Part shown: positions 40,178 to 50,369 of the stretch, piece after piece
How the letters are laid out: every line of letters starts with the position of its first letter
How positions within the stretch are numbered: the stretch's first letter is position 1
Virus record (IMG/VR): IMGVR_UViG_3300008255_000002
Direction: 5' to 3' (one strand)
Source: a virus
Length of the DNA stretch: 64,000 nt
The notes under the pieces: generated by a model
The model's input: the letters and a program-made list of their open reading frames with translations, nothing else
The model's database searches: none
What the model was told of the DNA's origin: nothing
Made by a program: the position numbers and the translations under genes

Positions 40178-41194
40178 TCATTCATAAAATTCATCTCTTA
40201 ATTGAATAATGTTCCTATCTTGTAGATAACTTCTATCCCGTTCCTTTAGAAACCCATAAAATTTATTTTCTAGTGGCGTCTGGAATGATCCGGTTCTTAT
40301 CATATGTGGTTGTCCCTTTTGTAATCGTTCTAACGCGCCACGCATACGTTTCCATGTGTTATAATATGGGGTTTTTAGTTTGAATTGGAATCCTTCGTAA
40401 TCTTCAACAACAAATCCTTCATGGGGGAAATTTGGATTTTCTGAATTATCATTTTGAACATCATTGAGAAATTTTTCAAAATAATCCCAAGACGCAAAAC
40501 TATATGGTTGTTGTTTACATTCAAATTTTAAATGCGATGATATTGTTTTTAATTCTTTATATTCTACTTTTTCAAATTTTTCTGTTCTGCAAATTGCATC
40601 AAGTAATACTAATTTTGGTTCATCATGTTTAATAATATGTGGATCATTTTTAGGATCAATTACCTCAAAGACCAAACTTAAATTTCTATCTTTAAGTATA
40701 TGTTTAATTTGTGATGTGTGAGTCTTATATAATTGATCTTCAAACCACTCAACATAATCACTTTCATTAGTAGCTTTTGTACAAACAAAAAGATCGTTCT
40801 TTTCCCTATTATATCCAACAATCCCCAGATACCCATTATACTTTTCGTATACAGATACAGGGAATTTAATATTTTGCTTTAGGGAAGATAATTGTGTTTC
40901 GGGACGCTCACCATAATTGAAAAATTTCTCATATGACCGCGCAACAATTTCACCAGTCACCACATTAACGAATAATCCGCGAGCACGAATTGTATTTTCA
41001 TCCCAATTCTTTTTTGTGAATGCTTCGCGCGTAAAGTTGAATGATGATATATTTCCCCCTAATTGACGCTCTTTTATATATTTACTACTGTGTAGTTGTT
41101 CGATTAGAGGAATATTAGAATTAATGATTTGTTTCTTTTCTGGCAATGGTCTATATGTAGTGTTTGGTATCTCGATACAATTAAACTTGAGCAT
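40178..41194 (-). CDS. RNA ligase, T4 Rnl1-like nucleotidyltransferase domain
   Basis: RARGLF, YEKFFN, motif I EKYNG, VFEVI, EGFVV, FKLK. Confidence 0.9.
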   Translation of the reverse strand: MLKFNCIEIPNTTYRPLPEKKQIINSNIPLIEQLHSSKYIKERQLGGNISSFNFTREAFTKKNWDENTIRARGLFVNVVTGEIVARSYEKFFNYGERPETQLSSLKQNIKFPVSVYEKYNGYLGIVGYNREKNDLFVCTKATNESDYVEWFEDQLYKTHTSQIKHILKDRNLSLVFEVIDPKNDPHIIKHDEPKLVLLDAICRTEKFEKVEYKELKTISSHLKFECKQQPYSFASWDYFEKFLNDVQNDNSENPNFPHEGFVVEDYEGFQFKLKTPYYNTWKRMRGALERLQKGQPHMIRTGSFQTPLENKFYGFLKERDRSYLQDRNIIQLRDEFYE

Positions 41195-41444
41195 TTTTAT
41201 CTCTATAAATGAATATTACAGTTGCGTTTTCATCTGTTATTTTTTCTTTATTATTCCCTATTTTAACGCTACCTTGTTTAATAAGGGTTTTAGCTTGTGT
41301 TTTACTTTGAGCAAAATCTATATGTACCATAACGTCATATAGTTTCATCTCTACACCAATAATTTTACCATTTAAAACTTCATTTTCAAATTCTGGGTCG
41401 GATGGATCTACATCATCACTATGAATTGTTGCAACATGATTCAT
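41181..41444 (-). CDS. Stand-alone S4 RNA-binding domain protein
   Basis: LYDVMVHIDFAQSKTQAKTLIKQGSVKIGNNKEKITD matches the S4 pattern L...L...G.A.S..EAR.LI..G.V.ING..I.D. Confidence 0.75.
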   Translation of the reverse strand: MNHVATIHSDDVDPSDPEFENEVLNGKIIGVEMKLYDVMVHIDFAQSKTQAKTLIKQGSVKIGNNKEKITDENATVIFIYRDKNAQV

Positions 41445-42591
41445 TATAAATCTCTAATATCCTTAAATTTCCACCAAATTCTACTTGACCATCAAGATTA
41501 AAGAACCCCGAATTCACCTGTAGTGGTAGATGGTTAGGGTTTCTATGTCCTACTACACTATAGTGGTTTTTCGGCATTGTTTCGTGCCAAATTTTCGCGC
41601 ACTGGTCAACTTCTTCATAGGAACCAACCCCCTTAACTAACTGTTCTGTTGCGATAGCTAATAAATTTTCGGGAAGTGTTGGTAATCCTCCATGAGTCGC
41701 CAAAAAATAATTTTCGTGAAATTTAAAATAGCAAAGTTGCGCAAATCTTCTGGTCCATTCGCGAAGATCGCTTTTATTAAATTTTTTCAGTTTCTCGGTG
41801 GTATTTTTTTTAAATTCACCACTAAAGATTTCTTTTTCTTGGTTGTTCGCGTATAAATATGTCCACTGGTCATGATTGCCTAAAACCATACATACGTTAG
41901 ATTTATTATAAATTGATAGTGCGAATTCAACACATTGTTCTTCTTGTAATCCACGATCTACCCAATCACCCAAAAAGATATAGAAGTAATTTTCATTAAA
42001 TGGATTTTGTGTGAAATATTCATTAAGAGGTTCCCAACAACCATGAATATCTCCAATTAGAACAACCTTTTCATATTTAGATAAATCTCTTGGTTCATAT
42101 TTAAATGTTTCGTAAAACTCAGATGGTTTAATCGTTTTACACCAATTGGGCGGTTTTTGAGTCGCGAAGCGACTATACATATTATCAATTACATTTTCCG
42201 GCACAACCTTATATGATGGTGTACGATTTTTATTGCGACTTTTAGTGACTTCTATCGACACATCAGAAAAATCAATGCAATATGCACGATAACGATATTT
42301 TTCAACAAGAGTTTTATATTTACTGAAATCTTTGGTTTTTGAGTGGGTTGCATCTACAAAAATTAATTCGCCCCGCTTCATCCTTTCCTCTAACACACTA
42401 AATAATGTTTTCCATACAGAATTATCATTTTTTTGAGATATACCAAATTTTCCATCAACTTGCATAATTGGGGGTTGTGTAAGTAATCGGATATCATCAG
42501 CACATATTGTATATTCAGACAGGTTGTTATCTTTAATCCAGGTTGATTTTCCGCAACCCGGACTTCCGCGAAGTATATATATAACTCTCAT
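41419..42591 (-). CDS. Polynucleotide kinase-phosphatase (P-loop kinase + metallophosphoesterase)
   Basis: GSPGCGKS, VDATH; GDIHG, GDWVDRG, GNHD, THGG, VGH. Confidence 0.9.
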   Translation of the reverse strand: MRVIYILRGSPGCGKSTWIKDNNLSEYTICADDIRLLTQPPIMQVDGKFGISQKNDNSVWKTLFSVLEERMKRGELIFVDATHSKTKDFSKYKTLVEKYRYRAYCIDFSDVSIEVTKSRNKNRTPSYKVVPENVIDNMYSRFATQKPPNWCKTIKPSEFYETFKYEPRDLSKYEKVVLIGDIHGCWEPLNEYFTQNPFNENYFYIFLGDWVDRGLQEEQCVEFALSIYNKSNVCMVLGNHDQWTYLYANNQEKEIFSGEFKKNTTEKLKKFNKSDLREWTRRFAQLCYFKFHENYFLATHGGLPTLPENLLAIATEQLVKGVGSYEEVDQCAKIWHETMPKNHYSVVGHRNPNHLPLQVNSGFFNLDGQVEFGGNLRILEIYNESCCNNS

Positions 42592-42731
42592 TTTCTAGCC
42601 CATTCAATAACAGAGATTATTAGTGCTCCAAACGCAAATCCAACCATCATCATATAGATTATAATATTAAGTTTGATAAAGATACCAGTAATTAAACCAA
42701 TGATAATAGCCAAAAGTATTATATCAAGCAT
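42588..42731 (-). CDS. Small two-TM membrane protein (47 aa, below ORF-track cut-off)
   Basis: MLDIILLAIIIGLITGIFIKLNIIIYMMMVGFAFGALIISVIEWARK*; ATGA overlap with the kinase gene. Confidence 0.55.
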   Translation of the reverse strand: MLDIILLAIIIGLITGIFIKLNIIIYMMMVGFAFGALIISVIEWARK

Positions 42732-43173
42732 CGCCAAATTCCTTTTTTAATCGTTTATATTCTGCGAGCTTGTTCTTTTTTTGAAGTTCTAATTGTTTTT
42801 TCTCATATTCTAACTCTTCTTCTGTGTGTTCTCGATATCCGAAAATCGCAAGTTCTTTTCCATCTCCATATTGTTCATCTACAGATTCTAATACAAATTT
42901 ATGAAATATCAATTCTTTTGTGTGTGGTTTTCCTATCGAATGACTTTCCCAAAAACCTCCAGGTGGTATAGGACGCCATATAACTTTAATTGGTTTACCG
43001 ATATTAGTTTGGTATTTATTATATATATCTTGAATCTTTTTAAGAACCTCGGATAATTCCCCCTCAAAATCATATATCTGAAATCTTTCAATTTCTTGTC
43101 TACAAAGTCGCAGTTTATCCATTTTTTCTCCTAAGAAAATCAAATTTGTCATCAGATTTCCAGCTTTCAGCAT
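42724..43173 (-). CDS. Hypothetical protein
   Basis: ORF in operon tiling; true start likely MDKLRL. Confidence 0.55.
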   Translation of the reverse strand: MLKAGNLMTNLIFLGEKMDKLRLCRQEIERFQIYDFEGELSEVLKKIQDIYNKYQTNIGKPIKVIWRPIPPGGFWESHSIGKPHTKELIFHKFVLESVDEQYGDGKELAIFGYREHTEEELEYEKKQLELQKKNKLAEYKRLKKEFGDA

Positions 43174-43594
43174 AATACGGTAAATCGCTATTTGGCATTA
43201 CAAGCAAACGAATTTTTGCACCATCTTTATCGCCAACATATCCGATAAAATCATCTATTAGAATATCAATATCTAGTTGTTTACACAACTCTGCTTTACA
43301 GGCTTCGCTATATTTTTCGTAATCCGCACTATAAACATTATCAGGATCTACTAGTATTGGACATAAATAGTTGCTTCGCAACATTTCTACAATTTTATCT
43401 TTTGGGTGCATATCACTAATTACATATATTGAAACTAATCCGCTATGTTCTAATGCTCTGATAAGTGTGTAAAATTCTTTAGGATATTTAGATAAAACTC
43501 CACCAACATCAATAGCCGTATTACAATTACAAAGAACTAAATCTAATTCAAAAATACAATGATGTTTCACATCTAATATTTCATAAATATCCAT
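43115..43594 (-). CDS. HAD-superfamily hydrolase (nucleotidase-like)
   Basis: IDVGGVL, YVIS, K...C...DILIDD. Confidence 0.6.
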   Translation of the reverse strand: MDIYEILDVKHHCIFELDLVLCNCNTAIDVGGVLSKYPKEFYTLIRALEHSGLVSIYVISDMHPKDKIVEMLRSNYLCPILVDPDNVYSADYEKYSEACKAELCKQLDIDILIDDFIGYVGDKDGAKIRLLVMPNSDLPYYAESWKSDDKFDFLRRKNG

Positions 43595-44835
43595 TAACTT
43601 ATTTCCTCTGTATCAACATATTGATCGTCTGCTTTAGCCAAATCTTCCATAACAAGAAAATTAAAATTCTTATGTTTGTATGTTTCAAATTTTGATGTGT
43701 GATTTCTTCTAACACAACATCCCTCTAAATAATGGTTTCCCATAGGATCTGGACCATCACCCAAAACCCTCACTTTTTCTAAAAGTTCTTCTGGATCACC
43801 ATTATATATAAAACGATCAAGTTCAACAGGTGTTTTAACTCCTAATTCATCAGCACGTTTTACAACATCATCCCAAGGTAAATCTATTTGTATTCCTTCT
43901 GGATTAACATACACAACCCTATATAATAGAACCTTAAATTCACCCTCGCGACAACCATAATTATAAATCATTTTAGATCCATATTTGGTTGTAAATTCTT
44001 TATCTTTGAGTTTGGTTGTGTCGTGCGATGGCATTATTGGGACTGGTCCGTCAAAACCCACAATCTCATAATACAAAATTTCGTTTTTATTCAGCTTCCC
44101 ATCAAAATATTCGTTGATTTTTTTTCTTAGATCATTATTAACTACCTTATTATCTTCTGTTAAAATAACATTACGACTACCACTAATAGTTTGATATGTT
44201 TGGTTAGGAAAGATATTATATAAACGATTAACGAGTTGTTTCCATTTTGGTAATTCAATATTGTGTAATACGTGTGCTGTGCGTCCTGAACTTCCGTGAG
44301 ATTTTTGAGTTATGACAAGAAAATCGCCATTTTTAAATTTATGAGGAAAGTATTTGATATTTTCCGTATCTATATGTTTTCTAAAGTAAATTGTTTCTCT
44401 GCGAACTTTTATTTTTTTGGAGTTTTCTGTCATGTTTTGACGTGTTGCTTTAGCGTAATATTTTTCACAAATACGAATATTGTTAACAACATCTCCGCGA
44501 AATCCCACATCAAGACTATCTGTTGTTTCTTTTCCTACTATTTTTTCCAAATATGATATAGGACAAACCAAACCCTCCGATATCGCTCCACGGAATTTTT
44601 GTGCCCTAATTCTTAGATTTTGTTCCAAATATCCGCCAAGTGGTCGCGTTAGTTTATTGGTTTCGGCAAACTCTTTTGAAACACAACCGTCTACAGGAAA
44701 AAATAAAACTTTATCCCCTTCTTTCGCATCCAACCCAACCACACATTGAGATCCAAGAACCTCACATAGTTGAATTCTGTCGGCGTTTGGATGAGCGTAT
44801 ACTTTTTTGATCGTTGTAAGATAGAAATAATACAT
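43594..44835 (-). CDS. RNA ligase, DRB0094/Rnl2-like, with N-terminal tRNA-binding OB fold
   Basis: HPNADRIQL, RGAISEGL, motif I QKSHGS, YYEIVG, EGCCVR, YKHKN. Confidence 0.85.
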   Translation of the reverse strand: MYYFYLTTIKKVYAHPNADRIQLCEVLGSQCVVGLDAKEGDKVLFFPVDGCVSKEFAETNKLTRPLGGYLEQNLRIRAQKFRGAISEGLVCPISYLEKIVGKETTDSLDVGFRGDVVNNIRICEKYYAKATRQNMTENSKKIKVRRETIYFRKHIDTENIKYFPHKFKNGDFLVITQKSHGSSGRTAHVLHNIELPKWKQLVNRLYNIFPNQTYQTISGSRNVILTEDNKVVNNDLRKKINEYFDGKLNKNEILYYEIVGFDGPVPIMPSHDTTKLKDKEFTTKYGSKMIYNYGCREGEFKVLLYRVVYVNPEGIQIDLPWDDVVKRADELGVKTPVELDRFIYNGDPEELLEKVRVLGDGPDPMGNHYLEGCCVRRNHTSKFETYKHKNFNFLVMEDLAKADDQYVDTEEIS

Positions 44836-44836
44836 A

Positions 44837-45122
44837 TTAATCCTCTATAATATTAATATATGCGTACTCACCAAATAATTCTTTTGTTTTTTCTTTATTA
44901 TCATCAAAAAGAATTTCTTCTTTATTTGTAAATCTAAATAAATAATAATTACCAAGGTTGAGAAGTCTTCCATCTCCAACTTTTACAGAAGTTTTTCGGT
45001 ATGATATATCGTGCCAACCTAATTGTTTTAGTTTTTCCTTAACGTCTAATATTGCTAATTTTAGAATTTCTTCATTTGTTATAATAGCATCTATATAAAA
45101 AAAAATCTATTCCTTTTTTCAT
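44837..45122 (-). pseudogene. ~94-aa hypothetical gene broken by one extra base in a 9-nt homopolymer
   Basis: Removing one base from the A9 run at 45097-45105 gives MKKGIDFFYIDAIITNEEILKL...KELFGEYAYINIIED*. Confidence 0.6.
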
Positions 45123-45198
45123 CGCATGGTTTATATTAAATTCAATAACGTTAATTATTTTTTCTTTTTCTATTTTAATTAATTGTAATTTTTTCTGA

Positions 45199-45444
45199 TT
45201 AAATTGTTCTGGAGTCATCATTTTTAAATTCCAATTTACGAAGTATTTCAAGTTCTTTCTTTAAATCTTCCAACCAATGAGATAGATCACATGTCATTCT
45301 ATTACAACTTTCTCTACCAACCAATTTAAGATGTTCATGAATAATACTATCCGCCTCATCTCGTTGTTCTTCTAACCAAAAATAATAAGTCTTTCCTTTA
45401 GAAACTTGTCTGCGCAATTCTTTACAATTTTCACAAGGTTTCAT
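45199..45444 (-). CDS. Hypothetical protein
   Basis: 81 aa, CENC. Confidence 0.55.
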   Translation of the reverse strand: MKPCENCKELRRQVSKGKTYYFWLEEQRDEADSIIHEHLKLVGRESCNRMTCDLSHWLEDLKKELEILRKLEFKNDDSRTI

Positions 45445-45898
45445 TACACTTCCTTATATATGAAACTGTTTCTAATACTGTGTTTACCGCCACACACAAT
45501 TTATTTTCCCTAACAAACCTTATTGCAATTCCCATAGCTTTATTGTGAACTTCACAATTTTGTATCTGTTCATATTCTGATCCGTCAGAATTTAATAATC
45601 TTCCTAAAAACTCTTCGTCAGTTAGTTCATTAGGGAGGAATCCTTGTAAGAATTCATTTTCTTGTTTTATATCTCCGCGAATCTCATGTCTCATTTTACA
45701 CAATTTATATGTTTCGTTATTTGATTTAACAAGCTTTTTAATTACTTTGATAATCCATTCGTCGTTTACCTTTTTGCCGCGACCTTCCTCTAACTGAACC
45801 TGTCCTATAATATATCTTAATATATCTCGTTGATATACTGGTAATAATCCCTTATTCGCCTCACTTAATAAATTAGTCAGTTGTGTTTTTAGATTCAT
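45431..45898 (-). CDS. GatB/YqeY-domain protein
   Basis: RDILRYIIGQVQLEE...DEWIIKVIKKLVKS..ET...ENEFLQGFLPNELTDEE...AMG. Confidence 0.7.
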   Translation of the reverse strand: MNLKTQLTNLLSEANKGLLPVYQRDILRYIIGQVQLEEGRGKKVNDEWIIKVIKKLVKSNNETYKLCKMRHEIRGDIKQENEFLQGFLPNELTDEEFLGRLLNSDGSEYEQIQNCEVHNKAMGIAIRFVRENKLCVAVNTVLETVSYIRKCNETL

Positions 45899-46760
45899 TT
45901 TCAAATTCCAATGGGGTTTCAAGGTGCGTGCAATTTACATTTCTTGTTAAATAATTAATAACGGGGTATAGACCTATTATATTACCAGAAAGATATTTTT
46001 GATTTAATTCTTCTACTGTATATGAATGATATAATCCGTGTTTGTTTCCCCAACCAGCGACATCATTAAGAGGGCACGCTACTAAACATTGTTTTTTTGG
46101 CGCAAAAACATTTGGTGGTAATTCTTTAACACGATTACTTAGCGATGCCTCTAAACTGTTTGGATTTTCCCACCATGTAGTTTCATAAAAATCTCTAATT
46201 AGATCGCTTCTAAATATATGTCCATCCACACTAAATATATATCCATAAGTTGAATGCTGAGGATATGGATAGTGGTTCCATTTAATAAATCCTCCACAAT
46301 CGACATATTCTAATGATGGAAGTTTATCATTTAAGTAATATGTCTGTATTGTTGTATTTAACCCAACTCGTAATGACACACAACAACTATCATCGTAATT
46401 TAATAAATCGTATATTTGATCTAACGTAAAATGTCTATATATAGGATTAAAGAAAACACAATCATCAGTCATAAAGCATGTTAATTGGTGCGAGTTTTTT
46501 TCTTCTGAGATTTCGTCTAATAAAGTTTCTCTAAAATTAAATCCATATTGGCTCTCATATCTAATTTTAAAGTTAGGGTATCCATAATCTTCTTTTCCAC
46601 TTTTGTATTGCAACCTCTTATAAGATTCAGTAAAAAAGAAATTACTCGCCTTAGTTATAATAGATATATCAAAATAATTTTTTGCATTTGTATGTATGGA
46701 TCTCAATAAGAGGTCTAATTGTGACGCTCTATCTTTTGAAAAGATTACTAGTTTGATCAT
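45873..46760 (-). CDS. GT-A-type glycosyltransferase
   Basis: IFSKDRASQLDLLLRSI, FMTDD, SVDGHIF, PNSLE. Confidence 0.7.
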   Translation of the reverse strand: MIKLVIFSKDRASQLDLLLRSIHTNAKNYFDISIITKASNFFFTESYKRLQYKSGKEDYGYPNFKIRYESQYGFNFRETLLDEISEEKNSHQLTCFMTDDCVFFNPIYRHFTLDQIYDLLNYDDSCCVSLRVGLNTTIQTYYLNDKLPSLEYVDCGGFIKWNHYPYPQHSTYGYIFSVDGHIFRSDLIRDFYETTWWENPNSLEASLSNRVKELPPNVFAPKKQCLVACPLNDVAGWGNKHGLYHSYTVEELNQKYLSGNIIGLYPVINYLTRNVNCTHLETPLEFENESKNTTD

Positions 46761-47850
46761 TCTTTATCCTTGATTGCATGTCGGGAATTATGTTAGAGTT
46801 TTGTTTGATAATATTATTTAGATTTATCGTATCGTCAATCTTCCCTAAATAACTCATGATATCCCTTATTCTCGAAAAATAGTTTCCATTGCTATAGGCG
46901 TACTCAATTCCTCTTAATCTATAGCGCATAGTTTCTTCGGGATTATCCAAAAAATTTCTAACTTGCTCGAAAAACTCTTCTTGATCACAACTTACAACAA
47001 TTTCATCGTTAATAAAAATTTCTTCCAAAGATTCGCAATATTGAGAAATACAAAACCCGCCACTAGATAAAATTTTGTAAATTCTTTCCGAGACATCAAA
47101 CCCATATTTTACAAGAGGTTCAAATACACTAGGGCATATTTTTGCTGAATAATATAAATTCTTAACGTGTTGTGTATCTATTGGTCCTAAATGTTGGGCT
47201 ACAGGATAATTTCCATAACCAAATAATTTTACATTTAAATCTTGATTACATAGAGGTAATAGATATTTCTTCATATTAACTGCTTTATAATCCCACCACC
47301 CACCAACCCAAGCGATATCAGATTTTAATTTTTCATCATATTCCCCTAAAGCATAATCATATAAATCTGCCGCAAGAGGAATACCAATTGGTTCTAGTCC
47401 AATTTCTCTCCATCCTCCATTTGTTCTGTTTGCCCATTTTTGAGTATAGGCAACAAAACAATATTTAATGTTATGTAATTTAACTAGTTCCTCAACCCAT
47501 CTTTTTTCTTGTTCATTTGCGATTAAAACACCATCATTAACAGTATCTATTTCTTGTATATCGTTATTTTCAAAATAAATTTTGTTATCCCAATTAGGAC
47601 ACCAAAGAATAATTTCTATATTTTCGCAAGCTTTCAATGCTTTCATTAGGGGGCGGTCAATCTGATAAGAACCTAACATAATTGTTGTTGGTTTAAATTT
47701 ATTAAACACATCAATAATAGATTCTTTAGATTCTTGATCGTAAAAATATAACTTATATCCAATAGCCTGAAAAACTTTTGCTTGTCCTAGCCTAATAAAA
47801 TGATTGGCACTCAATCCATTAAATACTATTAATCTTTTATTTTGTATCAT
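46729..47850 (-). CDS. GT-B glycosyltransferase (CgeB/YkvP-like)
   Basis: PLAAD, DIAWVGG, LYYSAKIC, SERIYKILSSGGFCIS. Confidence 0.8.
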   Translation of the reverse strand: MIQNKRLIVFNGLSANHFIRLGQAKVFQAIGYKLYFYDQESKESIIDVFNKFKPTTIMLGSYQIDRPLMKALKACENIEIILWCPNWDNKIYFENNDIQEIDTVNDGVLIANEQEKRWVEELVKLHNIKYCFVAYTQKWANRTNGGWREIGLEPIGIPLAADLYDYALGEYDEKLKSDIAWVGGWWDYKAVNMKKYLLPLCNQDLNVKLFGYGNYPVAQHLGPIDTQHVKNLYYSAKICPSVFEPLVKYGFDVSERIYKILSSGGFCISQYCESLEEIFINDEIVVSCDQEEFFEQVRNFLDNPEETMRYRLRGIEYAYSNGNYFSRIRDIMSYLGKIDDTINLNNIIKQNSNIIPDMQSRIKNDQTSNLFKR

Positions 47851-47920
47851 AATACCACTCTTTTATTTTTGTAAATTTTTTCTGTATATCCAAACCACTT
47901 AATGATCACTTTATATTTTT

Positions 47921-48538
47921 TTATGATCTATAACTTACCTCTTTAATATTGCTATCTCTTGCTATAAATTTTCCGCCATTATCGATAACTTCTTTTAATA
48001 GTTCGTGAGAACACCAAAAATCTTTAATTTTAACAGATTTTGCTAGAGCTAATTCTTTGCCGGTTAAAAAAGATAGTTGTGCCCATTTATCATGATTTGT
48101 ATAATTAAATCCAATAACAAAATTATTTAATATATTCAACCCTATCTTTATTTTATCTATTTGTTGGGTTTTAGTTATGAAAGATTTTAAATCTGTCGCA
48201 TACAAATCAAAAATATCTAAAACAACATCTCCATGTATAATCATGGCGGATTTTTTTGTTGATAACTCTAAACATTTCTTAGCTGTATAAGCTGCTCCTT
48301 TTTTTTTATATTTTTTGTTTTCATAATATTTTACTTTATAATCTTTTAATGTTTTTTTAATTAGTTCGTTTTTATATCCAACCCCTACAATAATCTCGTA
48401 GAAATTATCGTTTTGGTATATATAATTTATAGCATTAATAGATTTGATAATATTATTATTAACTAAACACTTGGGAATTTTTCTTTCTCCAACGTCTGCG
48501 CCCGCGCATAAAAAAATAAAACTTATTCCTTTATCCAT
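47921..48538 (-). CDS. Nucleotidyltransferase (LicC/MobA-like)
   Basis: IFLCAG...PKCL...VGVGYK...IHGD. Confidence 0.7.
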   Translation of the reverse strand: MDKGISFIFLCAGADVGERKIPKCLVNNNIIKSINAINYIYQNDNFYEIIVGVGYKNELIKKTLKDYKVKYYENKKYKKKGAAYTAKKCLELSTKKSAMIIHGDVVLDIFDLYATDLKSFITKTQQIDKIKIGLNILNNFVIGFNYTNHDKWAQLSFLTGKELALAKSVKIKDFWCSHELLKEVIDNGGKFIARDSNIKEVSYRS

Positions 48539-49308
48539 TTTTTATATTTCTCCCACATTAGTTGGTATTGTTTTGTATGGAACTCATTAGAATATCCAAC
48601 TGTTGTATTTTTGGGTGTAACCCTAACCCTTACTAAAGGTTCTGGAATATGAACACATATAAAAAATCTTGAAATTTTAAGCCACATTAAATAATCTTCT
48701 TTTGGGTATACATCCTCATCAAATAATCCAACTTTTTCTAATGCTACTTTTGATATAACTCCACCGCTATGCAAGTGGCAATCTCTCATAAGTAATTCTT
48801 GAGAATATGGAGGTTTAAATTCTAGTGTTTTGGTTCCTTCTTCTGGACACTCAATATAATAATCTGTATGAACAGATCCTATTAATTCTGGATGTTCTTG
48901 GATTTTAGCAACACACTTTTCTATTTTAGTTGGTAGCATAATATCATCGGCATCAAGTATAGCAAAATATTCGCATCCATCTTTTAACGCTTGTTCTATA
49001 GCGATATTTCTTGCGTGCCCTTGTTTAACATTAACTCTTGTTGACCAAAATTTAATAGTTCTATTATTAAATTGTCCGCCACTATCTTCTTTGAAAAAGA
49101 TACCTCCTGTATGTTCCCAATAATTTTCCCCTAATAAACTCTTAATTTTTTCTACTGAATCGTCTGTGCTACAATCATCAACAACATATATATTGATATT
49201 GTCGTATGTTTGATTTGCGGCACTTTCGATTGCCTCACAAACAAATTCTCCGTAGTTATAATTAGTTAATATTATACATGCTTTTGGAAATTCTTTGTCT
49301 GATTTCAT
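48523..49308 (-). CDS. Family 2 glycosyltransferase
   Basis: NYNYG, VVDDCSTDDS, ARN, LDADD, EDY. Confidence 0.9.
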   Translation of the reverse strand: MKSDKEFPKACIILTNYNYGEFVCEAIESAANQTYDNINIYVVDDCSTDDSVEKIKSLLGENYWEHTGGIFFKEDSGGQFNNRTIKFWSTRVNVKQGHARNIAIEQALKDGCEYFAILDADDIMLPTKIEKCVAKIQEHPELIGSVHTDYYIECPEEGTKTLEFKPPYSQELLMRDCHLHSGGVISKVALEKVGLFDEDVYPKEDYLMWLKISRFFICVHIPEPLVRVRVTPKNTTVGYSNEFHTKQYQLMWEKYKKWIKE

Positions 49309-50111
49309 TCATCTTATCCTTTTTTCTAGTAAGCGAGAATTCGTTATGTTTATAAAGATTTTCACAAAGAAATAAAATCTGATTTTGATTGGTTATCATC
49401 CACTGATAACAATTAGTTTTTCCGAGCTTGTACACATTCCCAAAACTATTACCAAGATTTTTCATTATATTTTGTAAAAATAATTCCGATCCCGAACATA
49501 TGGAAAAGGTTGCTCTTGTTTGTTTTTTAGTTGAGTATATACCACAAGTCCCATCTCCGTCAAATAATCCCAATAGGTATGAATATTTATATTTTATTGG
49601 TATATCACATAACCATTCTTTTCCTGTTTTATTTGGTATTATTCCATATTTTGATAAAGTTTCATGAAATTCTGTAGCTCTTATATTTATTCCAACTTGT
49701 TTGTTTTGTTTTTCTGCACCTTTATATTTGTATTTTATAGACCGTAAATATATAGGTTTTGTAGGACATAATTCGTTTTTTATAAAATTTATTATCTCTA
49801 TATCATCAGCCTTACACTTATATACTAGAGTGTAATTATTTTTATTTTTTGATAAACTGCCATCAGCCATAGTATATCCTAATATATAAGCCATTTTAAA
49901 AGACCATTTATTAAAGTAATTACTATTTACTAAATATTTTTTCTCTTTACATAAAAAGGCATCGCTGTAAGACCTTCTTTTAATTCCAAATTTCTTAAGT
50001 TTTTTTTCTAATTGTCTCAACACAAAATCCTAATCCTCTAGATATTTCTAATGTTGATAATTTTTGATTTACATATTTTTCATATAATTCTTTTTTATCT
50101 ATATTTAACAT
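49262..50111 (-). CDS. LAGLIDADG homing endonuclease with N-terminal HTH (apparent frameshift at T8, 50000-50007)
   Basis: AYILGYTMADG and YLLGLFDGDG; upstream frame MLNIDKKELYEKYVNQKLSTLEISRGLG joins if one base is removed. Confidence 0.85.
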
Positions 50112-50123
50112 TTCTTTCTCTAC

Positions 50124-50369
50124 TCATAAAATATAATCCTCTCTAATCAAATCCTCATCAATATTATGAAGTCTATCTTCTAATTTTTTATAAATTTCAA
50201 TTTTGTCAAATTTCGCACATTCTATATCTGACATTACTATTTTTTTATTAAATAAACAATCTTTACAATAACATTCAAAGATATATTTCTTATTTATAAT
50301 TCTGTTATCAATACTATGTCTAATTTTGAAATTATGTTTGCATGTGGACGCATACATTAACGACTCCAA
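50124..50369 (-). CDS. Hypothetical protein
   Basis: 81 aa, CKH...CKDC. Confidence 0.5.
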   Translation of the reverse strand: MESLMYASTCKHNFKIRHSIDNRIINKKYIFECYCKDCLFNKKIVMSDIECAKFDKIEIYKKLEDRLHNIDEDLIREDYIL

